From: Deltaproteobacteria bacterium
Lineage (GTDB): Bacteria > Myxococcota_A > UBA9160 > UBA4427
Direction: 5' to 3'
Assembly (NCBI GenBank): GCA_031390075.1
Contig: JANMTD010000458.1
Span: forward strand, 1 to 37,570
DNA: 37,570 nt
Both the position numbers and the translations under genes were made by a program. Positions 1-7,383 of the stretch are shown piece after piece; the stretch's first letter is position 1; the number at the start of each line of letters is the position of its first letter. The notes under the pieces are model-generated. The model was not told the origin of the DNA. It searched no databases and was given only the letters and a program-made list of their open reading frames with translations.

Positions 1-74
1 CCGATGCCGCGGCTCGCGCCTGTGACGAAGGCGATCTTGCGGGTGCTCTCGGATCCTTGGGCGGGGGTCAACAC
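1..74 (-). CDS. SDR family oxidoreductase, N-terminal fragment (runs off the left edge)
   Basis: Not in the ORF track. The reverse complement reads GTG-LTPAQGSESTRKIAFVTGASRGIG (Rossmann TGxxxGIG motif), with GGAGA 6 nt upstream of the GTG. Confidence 0.85.
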   Translation of the reverse strand, partial: MLTPAQGSESTRKIAFVTGASRGI

Positions 75-210
75 GCTGGCTCTCCGTTCGTGGCCCCGGA
101 AACACCGCCGAAGAACGCGACGCAGGGGGCGGGGGGGCGACCCCGACGCTATCGACCGGCTCTTCCCGTCGCAAGCGTGCGCCCCCGCGCTACGTTGCCG
201 GCGACGTCTC

Positions 211-257
211 CTGCTTGCTCTTGCGTGCTCTTGTGTGCTCTTGTGTGCTCTTGTGTG
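211..257. repeat. 10-bp tandem repeat (TTGTGTGCTC), about 4.7 units, in a divergent promoter region
   Basis: ctgcttgctc ttgcgtgctc ttgtgtgctc ttgtgtgctc ttgtgtg, read directly from the sequence. Confidence 0.9.
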
Positions 258-276
258 AAGAGGGGCGGAAATCCGA

Positions 277-765
277 ATGCTCTCCGACGAACGCCAGATC
301 CTGAATCTCCTCCATCTCTACTGCGAGCTTCAGGACGCCGCGGACTTCCGGGCCGTCTCCGAGCTGTTTCGCCATTCGGGTTACCGCGTGAAGGGCGGCC
401 AATCGCTGTTCGGCTTCGACGAGGTCTACGCGCTCAAGACGAAGCACGACAAGATCCACGAAGACGGCACGCTCCGGACCAAACACGTCACGACGAATAC
501 CATCCTCGAGATCGATCCCGACGGCCGCACGGCGAAGACCCGGTCCTACTTTACGGTCTACCAGGGCACGCAGGCCCTTCCGCTCCAGTGCGTGATCGCC
601 GGCCGCTACCACGACCGCTTCGAGAAGGTCGTCGGCGAATGGCGCTTCTGCGACCGCCTCATCCTCGGCGATCTGCAGGGCAATCTCTCGCAGCACCTGC
701 GCGACAATCCCCTGGACCGCTCTCCTCTCGACCGGAAGGCCCTCGACGCCCACTCGGGTCCCTGA
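277..765 (+). CDS. SnoaL-like / NTF2-family protein
   Basis: 162 aa with the SnoaL_4-type pattern (I..LLHLY...D, TKHVTTN..IEID, SYFTVYQ, GRYHDRF..V.GEWRF..R). Confidence 0.85.
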   Translation: MLSDERQILNLLHLYCELQDAADFRAVSELFRHSGYRVKGGQSLFGFDEVYALKTKHDKIHEDGTLRTKHVTTNTILEIDPDGRTAKTRSYFTVYQGTQALPLQCVIAGRYHDRFEKVVGEWRFCDRLILGDLQGNLSQHLRDNPLDRSPLDRKALDAHSGP

Positions 766-786
766 GTGGCTGAGGAAGCCTCGCGA

Positions 787-1617
787 ATGGGCGCACTCGA
801 CGGACAGATCGCATTGGTCACCGGTGGGAGCCGGGGCATCGGCAAGGGCTGCGCGCTCGAGCTCGCAGCGCTCGGCGCCACCGTGTACCTGACCGGCCGC
901 ACCGTCCTGCCGGGAAGCCACCCGCTGCCCGGCACGCTCGGCGCCACGGTTTCCGAGATCGAGGCGGCCGGCGGACGCGCCGTCGCCCTCGCCTGTGACC
1001 ACCGGGACGACGCCCAGACGGAGTCCGTCTTCGCGCGCATTGCCGCGGACCACGGCCGGCTCGACCTGCTCGTCAACAACGCCTTCCTGATTCCGAAGGA
1101 GCTGACCCAGCGCAAGCCCTTCTGGCAGGTGCCGCTGTCCAACTGGGACGACATGCTCGACGTGGGCACGCGCTCGGCCTACGTGGCGAGTGTGTACGCG
1201 GCGCGGATGATGGTCGAGGCCGGTCGCGGGCTGATCGTCAACATCAGCTCATCCGGGGCCGCCGAGTACGCTTGGCACGTCGCCTACGGCGTCGGGAAGT
1301 GCGCCCTCGATCGACTCACGAGCGACACCGCGCATGAGCTGCGCCGCTACGGCGTCGCCGTCGTGTCCCTCTGGCCGGGCTTCGTCCGCACCGAGCGCAT
1401 CGACGTCGGCGTCGCGACGGGGACTCTGCCGGCGAACCTCGACGCCACCACCGCGGAGTCCCCGCGCTTCAGCGGCCGCGCGGTCTGCGCGTTGGCGACC
1501 GCTCCCGACCGGATGGACTTTTCTGGCAGAGCCGTGACCGCGCGTGATCTCGCGGATCGCTTCGGATTTTGCGACGTCGACGGACGTCTCCCCCCAGGAC
1601 CGCTCCGCCACCGCTGA
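787..1617 (+). CDS. SDR family oxidoreductase (DHRS1-like)
   Basis: TGGSRGIG, VNNA and catalytic YGVGK motifs. ATG 787 follows GAGGAAG; GTG 766 is an alternative start. Confidence 0.92.
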   Translation: MGALDGQIALVTGGSRGIGKGCALELAALGATVYLTGRTVLPGSHPLPGTLGATVSEIEAAGGRAVALACDHRDDAQTESVFARIAADHGRLDLLVNNAFLIPKELTQRKPFWQVPLSNWDDMLDVGTRSAYVASVYAARMMVEAGRGLIVNISSSGAAEYAWHVAYGVGKCALDRLTSDTAHELRRYGVAVVSLWPGFVRTERIDVGVATGTLPANLDATTAESPRFSGRAVCALATAPDRMDFSGRAVTARDLADRFGFCDVDGRLPPGPLRHR

Positions 1618-1634
1618 CGACGCTCGACAACCTT

Positions 1635-1667
1635 CGACACTGACCGACACTGACCGACACTGACCGA
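1635..1667. repeat. 10-bp tandem repeat (CGACACTGAC), about 3.3 units, intergenic
   Basis: cgacactgac cgacactgac cgacactgac cga, running into the RBS (GAGGT) of the 1675 ORF. Confidence 0.9.
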
Positions 1668-1674
1668 GGTCCCC

Positions 1675-2394
1675 ATGCGCATGCAGCTCGACGCCCCGAC
1701 CCCCCGCGCCCTCTTCGTGGTCCTCGCCAATCCCAAGCCCGAGCACGAGGCCGAGTTCAATCGCTGGTACGACGAGATCCATGGTCCCGACGCCCTCGAG
1801 AACGGCTCCTTTACCGCCGTCCACCGCTTTCGCGCGGTCGGCCCGGGACACCGCCCCGCGCCCTATCTCGCGCTCTGGGAGGCGCCCTACGACTCCGAGG
1901 CCGAGGCCTGGGCCTACATCGGTCCGCGGGCCCAGGCGCTGCGCGAGGCCGGCCGCGCCGGCGGCGAGGTCGCGTCGGTCCGCTTCGCGCTGATGCTCTG
2001 CGCGGCGTCGAGCGAGCACGGTGCTGGACTCGAGTCGGTCGGCTCCCTCACGACGTTCCAGAACGACTGGCGCGATCCGAAGGCAGCGCCGCCGGCGAGG
2101 ACCTGGTGGCACTCGCTGCCGATCGACGCGCTGCGCGCGCCCGTTCGCTGGCTCGCCACCAGCGACGTCGCCGGGCGCGGCCCCGGCTACCACCTCGCGA
2201 TCCTCGCGTCGGCGGGAAAGCAGGCACCGGGCGCGGAGAGCGCGAGCGCTTCGCACGGCATCGCAAGCGGCATGTCGCCGCTGCCGCCCTACCAGACGAT
2301 CTTCGGCACCACCGTCGGAAGCGACGAGAGCGAGCTTCCCCGCGCCGACGCCTGGCGCATGCACTGGGAGCCGGTCATCAGCCAGCGCGCCTGA
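1675..2394 (+). CDS. Hypothetical protein with an N-terminal EthD/dimeric alpha-beta barrel-like domain
   Basis: EAEFNRWYDEIHGPD...PYLALWE pattern, RBS GAGGT, GC-rich third codon positions. Confidence 0.65.
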   Translation: MRMQLDAPTPRALFVVLANPKPEHEAEFNRWYDEIHGPDALENGSFTAVHRFRAVGPGHRPAPYLALWEAPYDSEAEAWAYIGPRAQALREAGRAGGEVASVRFALMLCAASSEHGAGLESVGSLTTFQNDWRDPKAAPPARTWWHSLPIDALRAPVRWLATSDVAGRGPGYHLAILASAGKQAPGAESASASHGIASGMSPLPPYQTIFGTTVGSDESELPRADAWRMHWEPVISQRA

Positions 2395-2397
2395 TCG

Positions 2398-3645
2398 CTA
2401 CTTCTTCGCTTGCTTGCGCGCCAGCTCGACCGCCTGTGCGACCGGCAGCTTCGTCACCTTCGGAGGCGGCGCCTTCGTATCGCGCTCACCGACCCAGCGA
2501 AAGGTCATGAAGCCCCGGCGATGGCCGGCGGTCTCGATGTAGTTCGGGTGGTCGGTGCGCGCGTGGGCGATCACGAAGCGGACCTTGCCGTCGGCGTCGA
2601 CCGTCACGTCGTCGTGGGTCCGCGCGGTCTTGCGCTTTGCGTAGTCGACGGATTCGTGCCAGGGATTCTCGATCGCGAAGTTCCAGTAGCGCACGTCGAG
2701 GCGCTCGACCTCGACGATCAGGGCCTCGTCCTCCTCGATCTCGTAGGTTCCGATCAAGTAGAGGTTGTCGATGCTGCTGATGTCGGCGCCGAAATCATCG
2801 CTGTTCAAGCGCACGAACCCGTTCACCGAGTCTCCGAGCCCCGGCTTGACGTAGTGATGGAGGCGGCCGAGGCCGTTCACGGCGGAGAGCGTCGCCCGGA
2901 TGCCGTGGGCGACCTCGGCGTCGGTGGACGGCGCCAGCGGATCGAAGGGTTTTCGGCCGACGACATCGAGCTGATAGGTCGCGAGCTTTTCGACGGCGCG
3001 GTCGCCGACGTACTGACGAACGAGGACGGAGCCTTCGCCCGCCTCGGTCTTGACCCAGACGCCGGGCTCGGAGGGCTTCTTCTTCGTGAGCCAGAGCGTG
3101 AAGTCGCCGTTCGCGTCGGCCTCGAGGTCGCGTTCATTGACGTAGCCGATCGCGCGGCTCCGGCCGTTCGGCTGGCGGAGCAGGATCGTGAAGGAGAGAT
3201 GGTCGAGGGTCCCGCGATTGCCGCGGATGCGATAGTCGTAGGCACTGTTCCAGGCGAAGTTGTCGTATTCGGCGTTCGGGTTGTCGCCGCCGATCTTGCG
3301 CCGCGGCGTATCCATGCGCGCGAAATGCGGGGCCTGCGGATAGCCGTCGCCGGAGACGTCCTGCGACATCGCGAGGGTCCGGAGCAGGAAGCGCATGCCC
3401 TCGGAGGCTTCGCGCTCGCTCGTCGCGTCGGCGAGGATCATGTTTCGCATCTCGGCCATCGTGGCCATCAGCTGGTCGAAGGCCGCAACGCTCTCGAGCC
3501 CCTCGAAGCGACCGGCCGGGACACTCGGCTCTTCGGCTGACGCCGCTGGCACCACCGCCGCGACGGCCATCATCAGCGCCATCATCGCCGGCAGGCCCAG
3601 TACTCCGATTCCTCGCTGCTTTCTTCGCTGCTTTCCTCGCTGCAT
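2398..3645 (-). CDS. Secreted DUF1214-domain protein
   Basis: Basic N-terminus plus hydrophobic signal peptide (ASA-EE). GGDNPNAEY, YRIRGNRG, YWNF..ENPWHES.DY, DADGKVRFVIAH and GFMTFRW match the DUF1214 family pattern. RBS GGAGG. Confidence 0.8.
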   Translation of the reverse strand: MQRGKQRRKQRGIGVLGLPAMMALMMAVAAVVPAASAEEPSVPAGRFEGLESVAAFDQLMATMAEMRNMILADATSEREASEGMRFLLRTLAMSQDVSGDGYPQAPHFARMDTPRRKIGGDNPNAEYDNFAWNSAYDYRIRGNRGTLDHLSFTILLRQPNGRSRAIGYVNERDLEADANGDFTLWLTKKKPSEPGVWVKTEAGEGSVLVRQYVGDRAVEKLATYQLDVVGRKPFDPLAPSTDAEVAHGIRATLSAVNGLGRLHHYVKPGLGDSVNGFVRLNSDDFGADISSIDNLYLIGTYEIEEDEALIVEVERLDVRYWNFAIENPWHESVDYAKRKTARTHDDVTVDADGKVRFVIAHARTDHPNYIETAGHRRGFMTFRWVGERDTKAPPPKVTKLPVAQAVELARKQAKK

Positions 3646-3768
3646 GGACGTCCCTCCAAAATGGCTGATTGCGAGGCGATGCTACGCGAGACGGACCCCA
3701 TTGCCAGCACGCCTTCACAGCGCGACTCTCGCGATTCCGCTTTCGAGACTCCCCCTTCGAGGACGACG

Positions 3769-4788
3769 ATGAACCCGACCCAGGAAGATCCGCTGCGCGC
3801 GAGCCTCGAGCCGTGGATCGGCAAGCCCATGAGCAGCAGCGGTCCGGCAGTGGCCCCGGATCCCGTGAACACTGCGATGATCCGCCACTGGGTCGACGCC
3901 CTCGACGACCACAACCCGATCTATCTCGACGAGGCCCGCGCCCGGGCGAGCCGATTCGGCGGACTCGTCGCCCCGCCCGCCATGCTCCAGACCTGGACGA
4001 TGGGTCGACCCCGGCTCGAGGGCATCGCCGAGCGCGGCGGTTCGTCGAGCGAGATGGATCCCGGGAGTCCCTTCGTCGCGCTCGCGAAGGCGGGCCTCGC
4101 CGGTACGCTCGCCACGAACTCCGAGCTCGAATTCCTCCGCTACCTCCGGCCCGGGGACGAGCTCCACGCGACCTCGGCCCTCGAAGCGATCACCGAGCGC
4201 AAGACGACCGGCCTCGGCTCGGGCTATTTCGTCACCTGGATGACGCTCTACTACGCCGGTCGGGACGAGCTCGTCGGGCGCCAGCGCTTCCGGATCTTCA
4301 AGTTCGCGCCGGGCGGCGGCGCAGCCGCCGGCGCGAGCGACGCGGGGGGCGCGGCCGCAAAGACCTCTGCCTCGCCCGCAGCGGCAGCGGCTCCCGCCGG
4401 TGCGGAGCTCCCCCCCTTCGACCTACCGGTGACGACGACCCGCATCGTCGCCGGCGCGCTCGCGTCGCGAGATTTCATGCCGGTCCACCACGATCGCGAC
4501 TACGCCCGCAAGCAGGGCGCCCCCGACGTCTTCATGAACATCCTGACGACGAACGGCTATGTGGCGCGCTACGTCACCGATTGGGCGGGCAGCGAGGCGA
4601 TGCTGCGAAGTATCAAGATCCGCCTCGGCGGCCCGTCGACGCCGGGGACGACGCTGCGCTTCAGCGGCCACGTCAGCGCGGAATCGAAGACGGAGAACGA
4701 GCGCGTGCTCGAGGTGAGTCTGCGCGCGGTGAACGAGCTCGGCATGCACGCGAGCGGAACGGTCGAGCTGACGCTGCCCCTGGCCTAG
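3769..4788 (+). CDS. Double hot-dog MaoC-type enoyl-CoA hydratase (ChsH2 N-domain fused to a ChsH1-like domain)
   Basis: N-half has DPVNTAMIRHWVDAL.D.NPIY.D, VAPPAMLQTW and ATNSE.EF.RYLRPG. An Ala-rich linker follows. C-half has ALASRDFMPVHHDRD, DVFMNILT and RYVTDWAG. ATG 3769 follows GAGGA. Confidence 0.85.
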   Translation: MNPTQEDPLRASLEPWIGKPMSSSGPAVAPDPVNTAMIRHWVDALDDHNPIYLDEARARASRFGGLVAPPAMLQTWTMGRPRLEGIAERGGSSSEMDPGSPFVALAKAGLAGTLATNSELEFLRYLRPGDELHATSALEAITERKTTGLGSGYFVTWMTLYYAGRDELVGRQRFRIFKFAPGGGAAAGASDAGGAAAKTSASPAAAAAPAGAELPPFDLPVTTTRIVAGALASRDFMPVHHDRDYARKQGAPDVFMNILTTNGYVARYVTDWAGSEAMLRSIKIRLGGPSTPGTTLRFSGHVSAESKTENERVLEVSLRAVNELGMHASGTVELTLPLA

Positions 4789-4841
4789 CAGCCCCGGCGG
4801 AGATTCAGGTCGAGTCGGAACACGAGAACGAGGTGAGTGCC

Positions 4842-5630
4842 GTGACGGAAAGAGCGGGGAGAATCGAAGGCAAGGTCGCGGTCGTGACCGGCGCGGGATC
4901 CGGGATCGGACGCGCGATCGCAAAGCGCTTCGTGGCGGAGGGCGCGACGCTGATCGCGAACGACATCGTGGCCGAGGGGCTCGAGTCCCTCGCCAAGGAG
5001 TTGGCCTCCGTAGGCGGGCGGGCCGTGATGTTTCCCGGTGACATGAGCCAGTCGGCCACGGCGCAGGCGATGGCCGATCTCGCCGTCCAGCAGTTCGGCC
5101 GGCTCGACGTCTGGGTCAACACCGCCGGCGGCTCCTATCCGATCGCCTTCACCGACATCGACGAGAAGGCCTATCGCGCCGAGTTTGCGAAGAATCTCGA
5201 CACCGCCTGGTTCGGTTGCCAGGCGGCGATCCGCGTGATGGAGAAGCAACAGTCGGGCTCGATCATCAACTTCGCCTCCGGTGCCGCGATCCTCGCCTCA
5301 CAGGGCCTGCACGCCTACTCGGCGGCCAAGGCGGCGATCCTCTCGCTGACGCGCAATCTCGCCCTCGAGTACGGGCCGATCGGGATCCGTGTGAACGCGA
5401 TCGCGCCCGGCGCCATCAAGACCCCCGTCTTCGAGGTCTACCTCGATTCGCTGCCGGACAAGGGCAAGAGCCAGGGGGATCACATCCCGATGAAGCGGCT
5501 CGGCCGACCCGAGGAGCTCGCGGCGGCCGTGCTCTTTCTCGCTTCCGACGACGCGAGCTACGTGACCGGCGTGACGCTCCCCGTCGACGGGGCGATCACG
5601 GCGGTCCTGACCCCTCCGAAGGGCCTCTGA
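4842..5630 (+). CDS. SDR family oxidoreductase
   Basis: C-terminal part of ORF 3669-5630. GTG 4842 follows GAGGTG. TGAGSGIG, YSAAK, IRVNAIAPG and YVTG..LPVDG motifs. Confidence 0.93.
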   Translation: MTERAGRIEGKVAVVTGAGSGIGRAIAKRFVAEGATLIANDIVAEGLESLAKELASVGGRAVMFPGDMSQSATAQAMADLAVQQFGRLDVWVNTAGGSYPIAFTDIDEKAYRAEFAKNLDTAWFGCQAAIRVMEKQQSGSIINFASGAAILASQGLHAYSAAKAAILSLTRNLALEYGPIGIRVNAIAPGAIKTPVFEVYLDSLPDKGKSQGDHIPMKRLGRPEELAAAVLFLASDDASYVTGVTLPVDGAITAVLTPPKGL

Positions 5631-5644
5631 AGAAGGGCCTCTGA
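5618..5644. repeat. 13-bp direct repeat GAAGGGCCTCTGA duplicating the SDR 3' end including its stop codon
   Basis: Identical copies at 5618-5630 and 5632-5644. Confidence 0.85.
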
Positions 5645-5672
5645 CTTTTTACATGCGATAAGGAGAACGTCG

Positions 5673-6719
5673 ATGCAGGCATGGGTCGTCCGAGACAAGG
5701 GTCTTCCGCGAGACGTCTTCCGCTACGAATCGTTTTCCGAGCCGACCCACGCGGCGATGCAGCGCCTGGCGATGGACATCGAGGGCCTGCGCGAGCGGCG
5801 CCCGGGCGAGGCCGCCGTCGACCACTACGCCTTCGTCCGCGTGCTCGCGGCGGCGCTCGCGACTCCCGACCACACGATGGCGACCGGTGCCTATCCCGTC
5901 CCGATCTCGCGGCCTTACATCTCGGGCCAGGAAGCGGTCGGCATCGTCGAGGACACGACCCCTTCCCTCGCCCACCTGAAGGGCAAGCGCGTGATGGGAT
6001 TCACGCCGCAGCCCTTCGGCAGCTTCGCGTCCCACTGCGTGATGGCGCTGCCCACGATCTGGGAAGTTCCCGATTCGATGAGCGACGAGGAGGCGGCGGG
6101 CTTCGTGATCCCCGCCCATACGGCCTATCACGCCGTGCATCGCCGCGGGAAGGTGCAGGCGGGGGAGATCGTGCTCGTGCTCGGCGCGGCGGGCGGTGTC
6201 CCCTCTTCCGCGATCCAGCTCTGCGCGGCGGCGGGCTGTCGCGTGATCGCCGTGGCGGGCGGGGCGGAGAAGGCCGATTTCTGTCGGAAGCTCGGCGCCG
6301 AAATCGTGATCGACCACGCCCGGGAGGATTTCGCCCTGGCCGTGAAGCGCGCGGTCGGCGATCACGGCGTCGACGTCATCGTCGACTTCGTCCAGGGGGA
6401 GCCCGGGCGCCGCGCCCGGCCGCTGCTGCGCGTCGAGGGCCGGCATCTTCTCTGTGGCCACGCCGGCGGCCTGATCCCGATCCACCCGAGCGAGTTCTAC
6501 GTCCAGAACTGGACCCTCGTCGGCGTCTGCATGGGCTCGGGCTACGGCCCGAAATTGATGGAGATCGAGCAGAAGGCCCACGACGACCTGATGGACCTCG
6601 TCCGCACGGGCCGCTACCGCGCAACGACGAGCCGCGTCATCTCGTTCGCCGAGATTCCGGCGGCGCTCGAAGATCTCGCGGGGCGCAAGACCTTCGGGCG
6701 CGTCGTGGCAAAGCCCTGA
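5673..6719 (+). CDS. MDR-family NADPH:quinone oxidoreductase-like protein
   Basis: PYISGQEAVG, TAYHA, VLVLGAAGGV, GVDVIVD and KTFGRVV motifs. No obvious Zn-ligand cysteine cluster. RBS AGGAG. Confidence 0.88.
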   Translation: MQAWVVRDKGLPRDVFRYESFSEPTHAAMQRLAMDIEGLRERRPGEAAVDHYAFVRVLAAALATPDHTMATGAYPVPISRPYISGQEAVGIVEDTTPSLAHLKGKRVMGFTPQPFGSFASHCVMALPTIWEVPDSMSDEEAAGFVIPAHTAYHAVHRRGKVQAGEIVLVLGAAGGVPSSAIQLCAAAGCRVIAVAGGAEKADFCRKLGAEIVIDHAREDFALAVKRAVGDHGVDVIVDFVQGEPGRRARPLLRVEGRHLLCGHAGGLIPIHPSEFYVQNWTLVGVCMGSGYGPKLMEIEQKAHDDLMDLVRTGRYRATTSRVISFAEIPAALEDLAGRKTFGRVVAKP

Positions 6720-6729
6720 TCGGCCTGTC

Positions 6730-6898
6730 GCACAAGTCGCGACCGGCGCGGTGCACGGGATGCGAATGGCTCGCCCGACGGGCGAGCGATGTAGCTACCC
6801 GACTCGAATCGGCTCGACGACCGCTACGCAGAAGCGACTTCCGGCTGCGCTTTATTTCGCATCCCGTGCACCGCGCCGGTGGCTCGCAGCTGCGCTGA
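6730..6898 (+). repeat. Structured repeated intergenic element, copy 1 (169 nt)
   Basis: Perfect 25-bp inverted repeat 6742-6766 / 6856-6880. Conserved motifs are shared with the copies at 30287-30455 and 30532-30701. Confidence 0.9.
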
Positions 6899-6958
6899 CT
6901 GATCGGCCAATCGGGTGGTCGTGGCGGTTTCGGGTCGATTGACTTCGAGCGAATCGAC

Positions 6959-6969
6959 CGCGACTTGTG
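6959..6969 (-). repeat. Isolated inverted terminal motif (CACAAGTCGCG) of the repeated element
   Basis: cgcgacttgtg is the reverse complement of 6731-6741. Confidence 0.8.
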
Positions 6970-6982
6970 AATCCGATCCGTG

Positions 6983-7324
6983 CTAGGTCGCGTCCCGCTC
7001 GGCGAAGACGGCTGTGGCGACTCGGAAGCCCGCGACTGCTGCGGGCGTGCCGGCGTAAATCCCGAGCTGCATGATTGCCTCGCAGATCTCCTTGCGTGTG
7101 AGGCCGTTGTCGAGGGCCATGCCGATATGGGTGCGGAACTCCTCCATGCGGCCCAGAGCCCCTAACACCGAGAGCGACATCAGGCTGCGCTGCCCGGGCG
7201 CGAGCCCCGGCCGCTGCCAGACGGCACCGGCCGAACGGGCGATCAGCGCGTGCATGTCGTCGCGGATCTCCGCCGGGATCGCAAGGGATGCCAGGATGTC
7301 TTCGCGCGGGACGGTGTCGGCCAT
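6983..7324 (-). CDS. Carboxymuconolactone decarboxylase (CMD/AhpD-like) family protein
   Basis: VWQRPGL...RSL, E.RTHI..AL.NGLT..EI.E.IMQL.IYAG.PAA motifs. RBS GAGGAG precedes ATG 7324. Confidence 0.9.
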   Translation of the reverse strand: MADTVPREDILASLAIPAEIRDDMHALIARSAGAVWQRPGLAPGQRSLMSLSVLGALGRMEEFRTHIGMALDNGLTRKEICEAIMQLGIYAGTPAAVAGFRVATAVFAERDAT

Positions 7325-7383
7325 TGCGTCTCCTCGTTCGATCGAGCCACGAACCCCGACGGCGGGTCGCCGAGCGCTGCGAT

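Noticed and set aside
3669-4841. N-terminal ~390 aa of the 653-aa ORF as a fusion to the SDR
   Set aside because: It is an Arg/Pro-rich off-frame reading of the MaoC gene. The SDR has its own RBS and GTG at 4842.
5618-5644. Direct repeats here and at 34555-34587 as att sites bounding an island
   Set aside because: Each is a local tandem duplication, the two units differ from each other, and no integrase or compositional shift is evident.
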